Source of the DNA: Thraustochytrium aureum | Taxonomy: Eukaryota | Length of the DNA: 64,000 nt | Direction: 5' to 3' | NCBI GenBank assembly: GCA_012862495.1 | Contig: BLSG01000086.1 | Location: 187,156-251,155 of the forward strand | Shown: positions 11,286 through 22,156 of the stretch, in pieces | How the letters are laid out: each line of letters begins with the position of its first letter | How positions within the stretch are numbered: the first letter of the stretch is position 1 | The notes under the pieces: model-generated | Told to the model about the DNA's origin: nothing | What the model saw: only the letters and a program-made list of their open reading frames with translations | The model's database searches: none | Program-made: the position numbers and the translations under genes

Positions 11286-13151
11286 TTACTCGGCGGCGCG
11301 ACTGGCGCCCAAGACGTGCTGGACGAGCGTAGTTACCGCAAAGCCTGTTGCGCGGCAGGTCGACATGTTGTAGACGGGGCCGGCGATGTCGATGTGGGCC
11401 CAGGGCGTCCCCGGCGCGACGAAATCGCGCAAGAACAGGCCGGCTGTGATGGCCCCGCCAGGGCGCGGACCCGTGTTCTTCATGTCTGCGCACGGCGAGT
11501 CGAGCAACTTGCGGTAAGACTCGTGCAGCGGAAGGCGCCACACCGGCTCGCCAGCGAGCTGCGCCGCACCCAAAACCGCGTTTGCGTGCGAGTCGTCGTT
11601 CGCCATGAGCCCGGCGACTTGGTCCCCGAGCGCCACAATGCACGCTCCTGTCAGCGTCGCCACGTCGACCAGCTCGGTGCATCCTGCCTGTTGCGCATAC
11701 AAGATGGCGTCGGCGAGCGTGAGCCGCCCTTCCGCGTCGGTGTTGTTGACTTCCACCGTTGTCCCGTTCGAAGCGACCAGAACATCGCCAGGCTTGATTG
11801 AGGTGGCGTCGACCATGTTTTCGCACGCCGCGATGACAAAGTCGACCGCCACGCCGGGCGGACTCTCTAGCTTTGCGATAGCAGCGGCGGCGCCGAGGAC
11901 TGCCGCGGCTCCGCCCATGTCCATTTTCATGTGCTCCACCATGGAGCCTTCGCCGGCCTTGATGTTAATCCCGCCGCTGTCAAACGTGACGCCCTTGCCA
12001 ATGAGCCCGACGCGGCGCCGCGAGGCAGCGCTAGGCCCTTGGGCGGCGGGGTGTACCGGAGGTGGATGAATTTGGCGGGTTCTGCAGACCCGCGCGTGAC
12101 TCCCAGGAACAGGCCCATCCCGTGCTCGCCGAAGGCCGCGCACTGGGCTTCGTCGAGCACGGTGGCCTCAAAGTGCGGGGAATCGCGGGCGATCGACTCT
12201 GCGACGGCCGCCAGGTCGCTCGGGGTGGCCCGGTTCGATGGCGCATTCACGAGGTCGGCAGCGAGCCGCACCCCGGCCGCAAGCGCGGCCCCGAGCTGCA
12301 AGCCTTGCTCGGCGGTGGCGCCAAAGCCGACCCACCGGAACTGGGAGAGCGACAGGGCGGGGGCTTGGTCGCGAGTTGCCGCCTTGCCCTTGAAGCGGGT
12401 GTCCTTTGAGCCGTTGGCCAAAAGCTGCGAGACAAAGGCGGCCATGGCGTCTTGTGAGGGCGCCTTCGGGCCGGCAAGCGCCACGGCGCACTCGCCCCAG
12501 CTCCTCGGCCCAACGGCTTGCGCGACGGCCCTGCCAAAGCTCGCCCAGGCGGCCGACTCGGCTCCAGTCGAATCCAAGCCGACCAAGACCACAGTTGGTG
12601 GTGCTTGCGCGGCCGCCGATCTGAGCTCGATGAGCTGGCCCGGCTTGCCGCAGAAGCGCTCCTCGCGGCATGCGCGGCTGAGTGCCCCGCCAAGGCGCCC
12701 GTCGAGAGCGATGAGGTCTGCGTGGCAGAGCGAGCCATCAGCACTGAACGCTGCAGCGAGCACGACAGAAGCAGGACGCCAAGGAGGTGGGCGACGCAAG
12801 GCAAGACGGAAATCGAAAAGCAAAAAGGAGCATGGGTAGATAGGCCGCGAGAGTCTCAGATGTGTAAGCAATACGATTGCACCGACAGCGACAAGCACGC
12901 GAGTCGAGGATTCATTATCGATCCTTGATGTGGTGGTGAAACTTACATTCGCCCGTGGCCGCGAAAACCACGGGGCAATGCAAGTCGACCACGCGCCCGG
13001 TCGCTCCTGCGGCCTCCAGAATGTGGCTCGCAGCGGCTGCCGCGAACCCTCGCCCCAGCCGCCGGGCCTCGCTGGCAGCCAACCCCGGCGCGGGCGCTGC
13101 CCAGGCGCTCTTCGGCACGTTCTCGCGTGCCAGCGCAGACCTCGCGAGGCC
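11286..13151 (-). CDS. Leucyl aminopeptidase, M17 family (intron 12751-12946; frameshift ~12040; start in gap)
   Basis: Motifs GKGVTFDSGG, MKMDMGG, NTDAEGRL, DVATLTGA and WAHIDIAG. A GTAAGT...CTGCAG intron joins VFAATGE|SFSADG. The upstream Arg/Ala-rich segment (RRLGRGFAAAAA) looks like an organellar transit peptide. Confidence 0.92.
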
Positions 13152-14145
13152 NNNNNNNNNNNNNNNNNNNNNNNNNNNNNNNNNNNNNNNNNNNNNNNNN
13201 NNNNNNNNNNNNNNNNNNNNNNNNNNNNNNNNNNNNNNNNNNNNNNNNNNNNNNNNNNNNNNNNNNNNNNNNNNNNNNNNNNNNNNNNNNNNNNNNNNNN
13301 NNNNNNNNNNNNNNNNNNNNNNNNNNNNNNNNNNNNNNNNNNNNNNNNNNNNNNNNNNNNNNNNNNNNNNNNNNNNNNNNNNNNNNNNNNNNNNNNNNNN
13401 NNNNNNNNNNNNNNNNNNNNNNNNNNNNNNNNNNNNNNNNNNNNNNNNNNNNNNNNNNNNNNNNNNNNNNNNNNNNNNNNNNNNNNNNNNNNNNNNNNNN
13501 NNNNNNNNNNNNNNNNNNNNNNNNNNNNNNNNNNNNNNNNNNNNNNNNNNNNNNNNNNNNNNNNNNNNNNNNNNNNNNNNNNNNNNNNNNNNNNNNNNNN
13601 NNNNNNNNNNNNNNNNNNNNNNNNNNNNNNNNNNNNNNNNNNNNNNNNNNNNNNNNNNNNNNNNNNNNNNNNNNNNNNNNNNNNNNATGCACAAGCGGCG
13701 CGGTGTGTCCTGCCTGCGAAAATGCACCCTCCCTCCCAGCACAAGTCTCGCCCTCCTCCTCACTGCAGCGCACCTCCCCTCCCTCCTGCGCGCCATGTGA
13801 GGGCCACCGCATTCCCTGCCCCCTCTCACCAACTCTGCATGCACCGTGCAAAACCCCAAAAAAAGAAAAAAAGTCAAGTGGAAACCCCAAAAAAGTTGGA
13901 AAAAAAGAAAAAGTAATGCACGCCCTCCCTCTGCTTGCGGCACAATCGTCAGACGACAACTTGACTGAAGTTGAAGAAGGTATACTCTGCGCTGAGAGAG
14001 AGCAAGAAAGCAAGAAAGCAAGAGAGAGAGGGAAAGAGGGGAGAGAGAGGGAGAGGCAGAGATAGGGAGCGAAGGAGGGCGAGCGCCTGCAGCCGCATAA
14101 AGCAGCAGAGCAGCAACTGTTGGGAGCGCACGGCGTTGGCAAGCA

Positions 14146-14240
14146 GCAGAGCAGAGCAGGGCAGGGCAGAGCAGCAGAGCAGAGCGAGACACGCGGCCGA
14201 CGAGCAGAGGAGCGAGCGAGCGAGCGAGCGAGCGAGAGCG
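14146..14240 (+). repeat. (GCAGA)n / (GCGA)n microsatellites directly upstream of the TMEM14 ATG
   Basis: gcagagcagagcagggcagggcagagcagcagagcagagc...gagcgagcgagcgagcgagcgagcgagag precedes ATG 14244. Confidence 0.85.
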
Positions 14241-14243
14241 AAG

Positions 14244-14645
14244 ATGTACGACTTTTGCCTGACGCTGCCGTATGGCGCGCTCTTGGTGTTGGGCGGCATG
14301 ATGGGCCTGGCCAAGGGCTCGGCCCTGTCCGGCGTGGTGGGCGGCTCGTTGGGCCTCGCGCTGTGCGCGGTCGGGTACCTGAGCTACCAGGAGTGGGCGG
14401 AGAACAAGAATGCGACGGAGAAGCGCTTCCGGTCGCCGACGTACGCCTACGTTGTGGTATCGTTCGTGCTGACGCTGATCGTGACCTTTATCATGTTTGA
14501 GCGGTACAACGAGACGCAGAACATGATGCCGGCCGGCTACGTGACTGGCATCAGCGCCAGCATGCTCGCCTTCTACGCCTACAAGCTCGTCTTCTCCGGC
14601 GATGTGGGCTCGTCAGCCGAGCGCGCCTACAAGCGCAACGACTAG
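14244..14645 (+). CDS. TMEM14: TMEM14 / fatty-acid export (FAX)-like membrane protein
   Basis: MYDFCLTLPYGALLVLGGMMGLAKGS..SG..GG matches the TMEM14/FAX N-terminus (DFC.TIPYG...GG..G...KGS..SL.GG). It has four hydrophobic segments and the MPAG motif. Confidence 0.85.
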   Translation: MYDFCLTLPYGALLVLGGMMGLAKGSALSGVVGGSLGLALCAVGYLSYQEWAENKNATEKRFRSPTYAYVVVSFVLTLIVTFIMFERYNETQNMMPAGYVTGISASMLAFYAYKLVFSGDVGSSAERAYKRND

Positions 14646-14855
14646 AAAGCGATTTCGCCGTTCCTGGAAACGGGCATTAGGGCGGCGAGGCGGGGTCGCG
14701 CCGCGCGCTCTCCGATGCGCAATCGTCGGGGCGGTGTTGGGGGGCTCGGGTTCCCTCAAGCCGCGCCGCAGCGTCGTCGTGGCCCCCGCCGCAGCTTGAC
14801 GAGTCGAGCGGAGGTAGATTTTTTTTCCCCAAAGTCCGACTATGAAGAAAACGAA

Positions 14856-14957
14856 AACTGCGTTCACGTTCAACTGCGTTCACGTTCAACTGCGTTCACG
14901 TTCAACTGCGTTCACGTTCAACTGCGTTCACGTCCAACTGCGTTCACGTCCAACTGC
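14856..14957. repeat. 16-bp minisatellite (AACTGCGTTCACGTTC) x ~6.4
   Basis: Contiguous head-to-tail units with no spacers, starting at 14856, 14872, 14888, 14904, 14920 and 14936. The last two end in GTCC. Confidence 0.95.
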
Positions 14958-15022
14958 AAACCAAGCCAAGCCGCAATGTCAAATGATAAACTTTCTTTTC
15001 TCTCGAGGTCAAAACAACGTCC

Positions 15023-18000
15023 TCAAGTCACTACCATGTCGCTCGCGCTCGGTTCCGGCTTCGCCAGCCCAATCTCTGCACCACTGCTCTGGTCAGCCGA
15101 GTCGCTTCCGATCGATTCATTCATCGAGATCGAGACGTCGCTCGAGTGGATGGCAGCAGAACCATCCTCTTCACCCGTTGCCCGCACCGGAGCGCCGCCC
15201 AGGCTTTTGGCGGCAATATCTCCGTGGCCCCCTTCGACGAGCACCATGTTGGTGCTCTTGTCGCGCACAAGTGAGGCGCTACTCCGCTCCACCCCCGCAC
15301 CCTCGCCGCTTGCAGGGCTCATGACCTTTTCCTTGGACGAGGTGAGCTTGGCCGAGGTGAACTTTTTCTGAACAAACGAGATGTTCTCCTTGGTGATGCC
15401 TTTGAAGTGGTCGGCCACGTCGCGCAGGGTGAGGTCCGAGGGGTTGACAGACTCGGCCACAGCCACGTACGCAAAGGTCGCCATCACCAGCAGCACAACC
15501 AGCGACACGACTATCGTGAGGATGATGAAAACCGTAAACACCGTCTCGACGCTGTCGTACTGCAGCGGGTCGCGCTGCCGCGTCTGCAGCATCCACATGT
15601 TGAGGTACAGCAGAGTGAGAATGCAGACCACCGACACGACCTCCATGTTTAGGATCGTTTGCATCTTGTAAGGCTCCGTGTAGACTGCAAGGATGAGGTA
15701 GACGATGAGCCAGAGCTGCGCGACCAGGTTTTGGTACCCCGGGTCGCTGACGAGCATGCCGATGATCGCCAAGATCGACGTGCGCACCACCGCGAAGAAA
15801 AACCACCACCATCGCCGGAGGTGCACGCCGACGTAGATGAACCCAAACCGCGCGTTGAACGAGTCGTCCTGGAACCGCGCCTGGTTCATCTTCAAGAAAA
15901 TGATCAAGCTCATCGGCAGCCCAACCACAAACAGCACGAGCGACGGCACACCGATGCCCAGCGCAGCCGTGCGGTGCCACTCCTCCGCCTTGTAGCACTC
16001 AAACTTGGTGTCCACGAGCAAGTACTGCCCCTTGGCAAACAGCGCGTTAAAGTAGGGCTGGCTCGAGTTGGAAAAGTCGTCCACCGGGACGCACGCGAAC
16101 AACTTGATCGTCTCGATCACGATAAAGGGATACAAGAAAAAGTAGACGATGATCACGATCACGATCACGTTGCCCAGCGTCAGCTTGACCGTGAAGCGCT
16201 GCCCAAATGCTGTGAACCGCCTCATCAAGTACATCAGGGCAGGGATCAGAATCATCAGCGCGGGCGGCACGATGTAGATCGTAACAATCGCCTTGACGAC
16301 AAAGGCAGGCATATCGTCAAACTCGAACAAGCAACCGATGCTCGTCATCTCCCCAGAGCTGATCCCTGCCGCGAACGCGATCACCCCGTTCACGGAGGCC
16401 GGCCAACCGACCCGGAACGTGCTCAGCACAGACACTTGCTGCACGAACGCGACAATGATCTTGACCGCGTTTGACGTTGTGTCCCGCTTTTTGAACGTCT
16501 TGTTCACCGTGAAGATTAGAAAGACGAGCAGCAGCAAAAAGGTGATCGAGAAGAATGCGATGTTCTTCGCCTTGCTGCTGCACCGCGAGCACTCAGTAAG
16601 CGAGCTGCGCTGGTACCCAGACGAGCAAGCGCCGCACAGCGGGCCCGTGTACCCTTCCGCACACTGCGCCTCGCCGTACAGAGACTCGCCAGTCGCGTTG
16701 CTGAGCGCTCGATTCTCGCCAGCTGCCTCCCCGCTCGCCCTGTCCTCGTCGTCGTCCAGCTGCCGATGATCATTGCCGCCCAAGACAACAAGCGCGCTCA
16801 ACGAGCTCTCGTTGCGGATCCGCTCGAGGCGCCGCGCGCGCTCGCTGTACTTGCAGGCCTCAGGCGAGAGGCACTTGTGGAACTGGTACGACCGCATAGA
16901 CGAGTGAAAGTACCCATCCTCANNNNNNNNNNNNNNNNNNNNNNNNNNNNNNNNNNNNNNNNNNNNNNNNNNNNNNNNNNNNNNNNNNNNNNNNNNNNNN
17001 NNNNNNNNNNNNNNNNNNNNNNNNNNNNNNNNNNNNNNNNNNNNNNNNNNNNNNNNNNNNNNNNNNNNNNNNNNNNNNNNNNNNNNNNNNNNNNNNNNNN
17101 NNCGCTCGCCTCCGAGACACTGCGCCCCATGTGGGCACACGTCGCAGGACTCGCGCCGGGTGTCCCAACTCAGCGCGAATAGCGTCTCGCAGTAGTTGCA
17201 CTGCGTTCGCTGCGGCACGCTCACGTAGCCAGCCTGGCACTTGATGCACGACAAGGCGTGCTCTGTCGAGGGGCGCATCGTCCCCGGCGGGCAAAGCTCC
17301 GCGCTGCTGAGATCGGTCGGATCCGGAATCCAGTAGCCCGGCGGCACGAGGTCGTTTGACGGCGCGCACCGCGCGATGGCGCTAAGGCTGTGCGCCGTGT
17401 AAACCTCGCCGAATCGGCATGGCTCGGCACGAATTGGCAGCTCCACGGAGAACGCAGGACCATCGTAGTACGACACGTTGACCGGGTGAAACACTCGGTT
17501 CGGCTCGACGCGCAGCACGTGCAAACCCTCGCGCGCAAAAACGACCACACCGTCCAGCGCAGCCGCCTTTTGAAACGAGATGGTCTTGAGCGCGTGGGGC
17601 GGCACATCCACGCCGCTGCCCTGCAGCGAGCTAAGGTCGCCATTGCCTGAGCTGCCCTGAGGGTTGACTACCTGAACAGTCAAGGTATGGTCGTCCGGGA
17701 CAGCCGTGAACTTGCCAAAGGCGTCGTAGACCACAACGCAGAGTGTCGGGATAGCGTCGCCGCTCGTCAAGTTGAGAGGCGCGCTAATCGGCGGTCCAGG
17801 CGAACCACAAGGCTCCAGCTTCGAGCCCTCCCGCCACGACAGGTCCGGGGAATGAAGACCAATCCGAGCTGGCAGGGAGGAAACGATGCTGTCGTCCTCC
17901 CCAGGGCGGGGTTGGTCGGCAAAGTCGCACGTTCGACAATCAATTCCGCCTCGCACAGAACCGTTGCCAGAGCGCACGACGACCAAATTGGGCTCGGGCA

Positions 18001-20919
18001 TCGAAACGCCCTCTGGATCGTCAAAGAACAGGTTGCGGCCGAGCATGCCTTGGTTTCCTTTGAAGACAACATTCCCGAGCGCAACGCTTGGCGCCTCGTC
18101 TCCACGCTGACAATCGCGACGGCGCCGCCGCCGCCCCTCCCTCGCGGCAAAACCAGGTTGTCGGTAAAGAACACTCGCGACTCGTTCAAGCCCGCGCTCC
18201 CATCCGCCAGGAGCCGGCCCGCGCTTTCCACCGCCGCCGCGCCAGTCCCGATCTCCACTTGCGCACCGTACTCGATAGCCAATGCTCCCCCAAGCGACCC
18301 AGCCGCGTTCCCAACAAACGCAGAGCCATCAACCGCGAGAGTGGCGCCGGCGAAAGCTGCGATCGAGCCGCCCGCGGCCTCGGCCCGGTTCATCCGCGCA
18401 TGCAAGCGAGTAAGGCGCACAGACGAGCCCGCGTCCGCGCACAAGCCGCCGCCTTTCGTGCCCGCGGTGTTGCGCTCAAGCTTGAGCTGGGCGCCAGAGC
18501 CCGTTCGCAGCAGGATCTGGTCGCCGCCAACTGCGATCGCTCCTCCGCACTGGCGCGCCGAGTTGCCGTCGAAGACGTTGACTCCGTCAAGCAAAACGTC
18601 CGTGGCATTGGGCACCGTAGCGTCGATGCGGTCAGTCGCAAAAGGATACAACGAGAGGGCTCCGCCGTTTGTGCTCGCCGAGTTGCCCACGAAGCTGCTG
18701 TCCTTCAGCACTACAACTGCATGCCCCGCCAGCCGCACCGCACCGCCAGACCCAATTGTGGCATGGTTGCTGACAAAGAGCGAGTCCAGGACGTCGATCC
18801 GCGGCGCGCGAGTCTCGCTCGTCGACAAGACGCCGCCTCCCCCCGCCGTGTTGCCGGTAAACGAGCTACTGCGCAAAACAATCCATGCCACGCCCTCAAT
18901 ATGGGCCACGCCGCCGGCGGAAGTGGCCACGTTGTCGAGAAAGGCCGCGGCCTCCGCCAAGAGCACTGGCGCCGGGTCGGCAAGTAACGAGCTCCAGATC
19001 GGCTCTTCAAATCCCTCGAACAGTAACGCTACGCCCCCGACAAGTGCACGGTTGCCCGAAGCAATTACACCGTCAACGAAACGAACCGCGTTGTTCCCGT
19101 TCTGTGACGCGTGCAGCACGCCGCCGCGCTCCGCGGCCACATTGTTGGCCAGAACCGTCCCGTTCCCAAAACACAAAAACTATTGTGCCGTTCAGGGTAG
19201 TCAACCCCCGAAGGGAAACCCGTTCGGTTCGATCTGCGCAGCCATTTCTGCGGCACCCACCCCGGTTAAGTCGAGCACCCCGCCAGCAAACCCGGCTCTG
19301 TTGCCCCTGAATTCAGAGTTGGTCACGCTCGCTCGCAAACCGTACACGCCATCCGAGATGCTGAAAACGCCACCGCGCGAGTTGGCCATGTTGCCCTCGA
19401 ATCTGCACCCGTCGATTTGTATCGATCCCATGGGCCGACCGAAATCGTTACGCAGCTCGAGAACGCCGCCATGCACGGCAGCTCTGTTCTTAAGAAATGT
19501 CGTGTTCAGGAGCTGAATGTCCAACCGCGCCGTCAGTTCGATGTTGGCGAGGAAGCCGCCCGAGTTTGCCCGGTTGCCCTGGACGAGCGAGTCGCGAATG
19601 AGGACTCGAATGCCGACCCCGTCCACCGTGATCACGCCGCCCCCGTTGTTGTCTTCGCGGTCGTTGTCGACAAACGAGCTCCTCGTGACGCTGAGGCTGC
19701 TATTCGTTCGCAGATAGAACGCCCCAACGCAGTTGGCGATCGTGACGTTTTCGACCGATAGGGACTTGAACTGGGCCACCGTGAACAGGGCGCTGATCCA
19801 GACCACGTCGGAGCTCCGGACGCAGTGCAGCACGGCACCAGGGCCGCTGCTTCGCAGAACAACGTTGGTTTGGAGCTTGATCCCGGCCGCGCCGTACGAA
19901 TTGGGGCAGAGATTGATTCTGCCGTCCGGCGAGGGGGGGACCGCGTCCAGATCCAGATCGCAGGTGAGCGCATCGAGGCACGTGGTGTTCGCCCCGCACG
20001 CGGCCTCTTCCTGTGCGCAAGCCTGAACCAGGGCGTGGAAAGCGTTGTCAGACGCGAATTTGCAATTCTCGTCTGCGCCTCGCGTTGGGACAGTGACGGG
20101 CGAGCGCGTGGGCTGTGGGGTGGGTTCTGTAATCTCGGTGCACGAGCAGTAAGCATAGTCGAACTTGTCGGTGCTCCTGCTGTACGTCGCGCTCGTCGGG
20201 CACCACAGAGCATTGTTCTTCACGCCACCAGTGTTGTGCACAGCGGGATTGTAAGGCGAGCTTGTCTTGATTGTGATGCAGCTCGAGTACGTTTTGGAGC
20301 CAATCTTGAAGGGGAACGTGCACGGGTGGTTGTCCCTTTCGCACGAATTGAAGCAGGGTCGCGCATTGGGCACATCGCCGCGCTCATGGCAAGTCTTGAC
20401 GCACCAGTTTCGCATCCAGAGGATGTCGATGCCCTCCGCACTGTGGCCCTCGCAAGCGGTCGAGTTGCCTTCGTCGTTGTTGGCGCACCTGCACACCCCG
20501 GGGACCCGATCGTAAATGTCATCGCAAGAGGGTTCGTTCTCCAGGCGCAAAACGTCGTGCTCGTTGCGGCACTCTGCGCTGCATTTTCCACACGTGCGCG
20601 CGCAAGCGGTGGCAAGAAAGTCATTCAGCCCCTGCACAAGGTTGACGTTGCAAAGCCCGGCGTCGCTATGGACGTTTTCACTTTCGTCCCAGAACGAGGT
20701 CGGCACGATCGGGCCTGCACTCCCCAGGTGCATGCATCGCTCGTTGTGGTCTGCGCAATCCGGAAACCCGTCTTGCAGCTTGCGGCGCGCCACGACCTCG
20801 TGAATATCGCGCAGATCGCGGCGCGTCACTCCGCCGCGGCCCTCCTCGGCGCTCGCCCACCCAACAACCGCCGCCGCCAGCACCAGGCCACGTAGTAGGC
20901 GGTCCATCCCCGCTGGCAT
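15023..20919 (-). CDS. Large cell-surface multi-pass protein: signal peptide, ShKT-like x2, FN2-like, PMP/pectin-lyase beta-helix repeats, Cys-rich repeats, multi-TM domain (~1950 aa; frameshifts ~19170-19210 and ~18100)
   Basis: Signal peptide MDRLLRGLVLAAAVVGWASA. ShKT-like C..CARTCGKC. FN2-like CTFPF..Y.SC..WCPT..Y.YC. Many FxxN/GG(A/V)(I/L/V) repeats. Cys-rich CPPGT..C..C.AGY and CAEGYTGPLCGACSSGY. About 9 hydrophobic helices at the C-terminus. Three ORFs (21108-19201, 19176-17767, 18046-15023) join by 1-nt shifts. Confidence 0.82.
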
Positions 20920-21498
20920 CCCGACCACCACGCCGCCGTCCTGCGCCCCCAGCCTGGAGCCGCTGGCCCGCCGCCGCAGCGCCCTCGGGCCTCCCTCTCC
21001 CTCCTGCCGGCCGCACGGCCCCCTCGCGCTGCTCGGTCGCCCGCCGCCACTCGCGCTCGCGTTCGTTTCGAGTCTGCTGCTCTCAGGCTCCTCGATGCTG
21101 GTTCTCAATTTCTCACAATCTTGAAAAACTACCTACTTACAAGCACTCGGCAGCATGCACTACTCTTCTCGAACTGTAACAGCGTTGGTTGATGAATGAC
21201 CTGACATGACACACGGCTGACCGCGACGCGCGAAAGAATCGAGTGCACGAGTGCCACAAGTGCCGAGCGGGCTGCCAAAGCGCAAGCAAGCCCCAAGCCA
21301 AAGCCTCTAGAGCAGCTCGGCCTTCCGCAGGCCCGCTTGCTGGCTCCAGCTCGGCCGCAGGCAGGCAGGCANNNNNNNNNNNNNNNNNNNNNNNNNNNNN
21401 NNNNNNNNNNNNNNNNNNNNNNNNNNNNNNNNNNNNNNNNNNNNNNNNNNNNNNNNNNNNNNNNNNNNNNNNNNNNNNNNNNNNNNNNNNNNNNNNNN

Positions 21499-21615
21499 GG
21501 CAGGCCCACTCGCTAGCGCCTCCGCACTGGCAGGCCCACTTGCTAGCGCCTTCCTGCACGTAGAGCACTCTACTCCATCGAGGAGACAGTCAGGGAAGGA
21601 GACAGTCAGGGAAGG
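21499..21615. repeat. Degenerate ~30-bp tandem repeat plus 16-bp duplication next to a gap
   Basis: ggcaggcccactcgctagcgcct / ggcaggcccacttgctagcgcct, and gagacagtcagggaag x2. Confidence 0.7.
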
Positions 21616-22156
21616 AGGGTGGGAGGGAGGAGGGCCAGCCCCGCGCTGGCTGCCCGCGCCTTGCGGCCTTTCCCTGCCGAACGGTCTGGCTCGTTGCCAA
21701 CGGCAAGTGTCCGGACGGGACGCCCGCCCCGCTGCACCGCTGCCCGACGTGGCCGGGACAGGAATAGCGGGGCGCGCTGGCGTTGACGGTGCTGGCGGTT
21801 TGGGATGCGGCCGCACGGCGCGCGGTGCAGAAGACTTCGGTGAGGCGCGGCCCCAAGCGGCCTCGGACGCGCAGAGGACTCCCTACGTTCTGGTGGAGCT
21901 AGGGCTCGAGAGAGCGCCAATGCGCTCTCTAGCTAGCTAGCTGCAGCGAGGGCTGCGCGTCGGCGCGAAGGGCGGCGCGAAGGGCGCTCAAGGCGGGCGG
22001 GCCGCGGGCTGGAGGGAGCGAGCGGAGAAGGCTGCGCTGCGTTATTTTCGTTTGGTCCGCCAGGCGCGCGGGTATGTTCATCATTGTTCGCGCTGGCGGC
22101 GAGCTGCTGGGTTCGCAACTGCGCACGCTCGCACCGCGGAAAGGGCACGAGTTTGC

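Noticed and set aside
12751..12882. Stop-free 132-nt in-frame intron in LAP matching the 132-nt UPRT intron
   Set aside because: A better GTAAGT donor at 12946 gives a 196-nt intron and restores the frame, so the length match disappears.
14856..14957. CRISPR array
   Set aside because: Units are contiguous with no unique spacers, there are no cas genes, and the context is eukaryotic.
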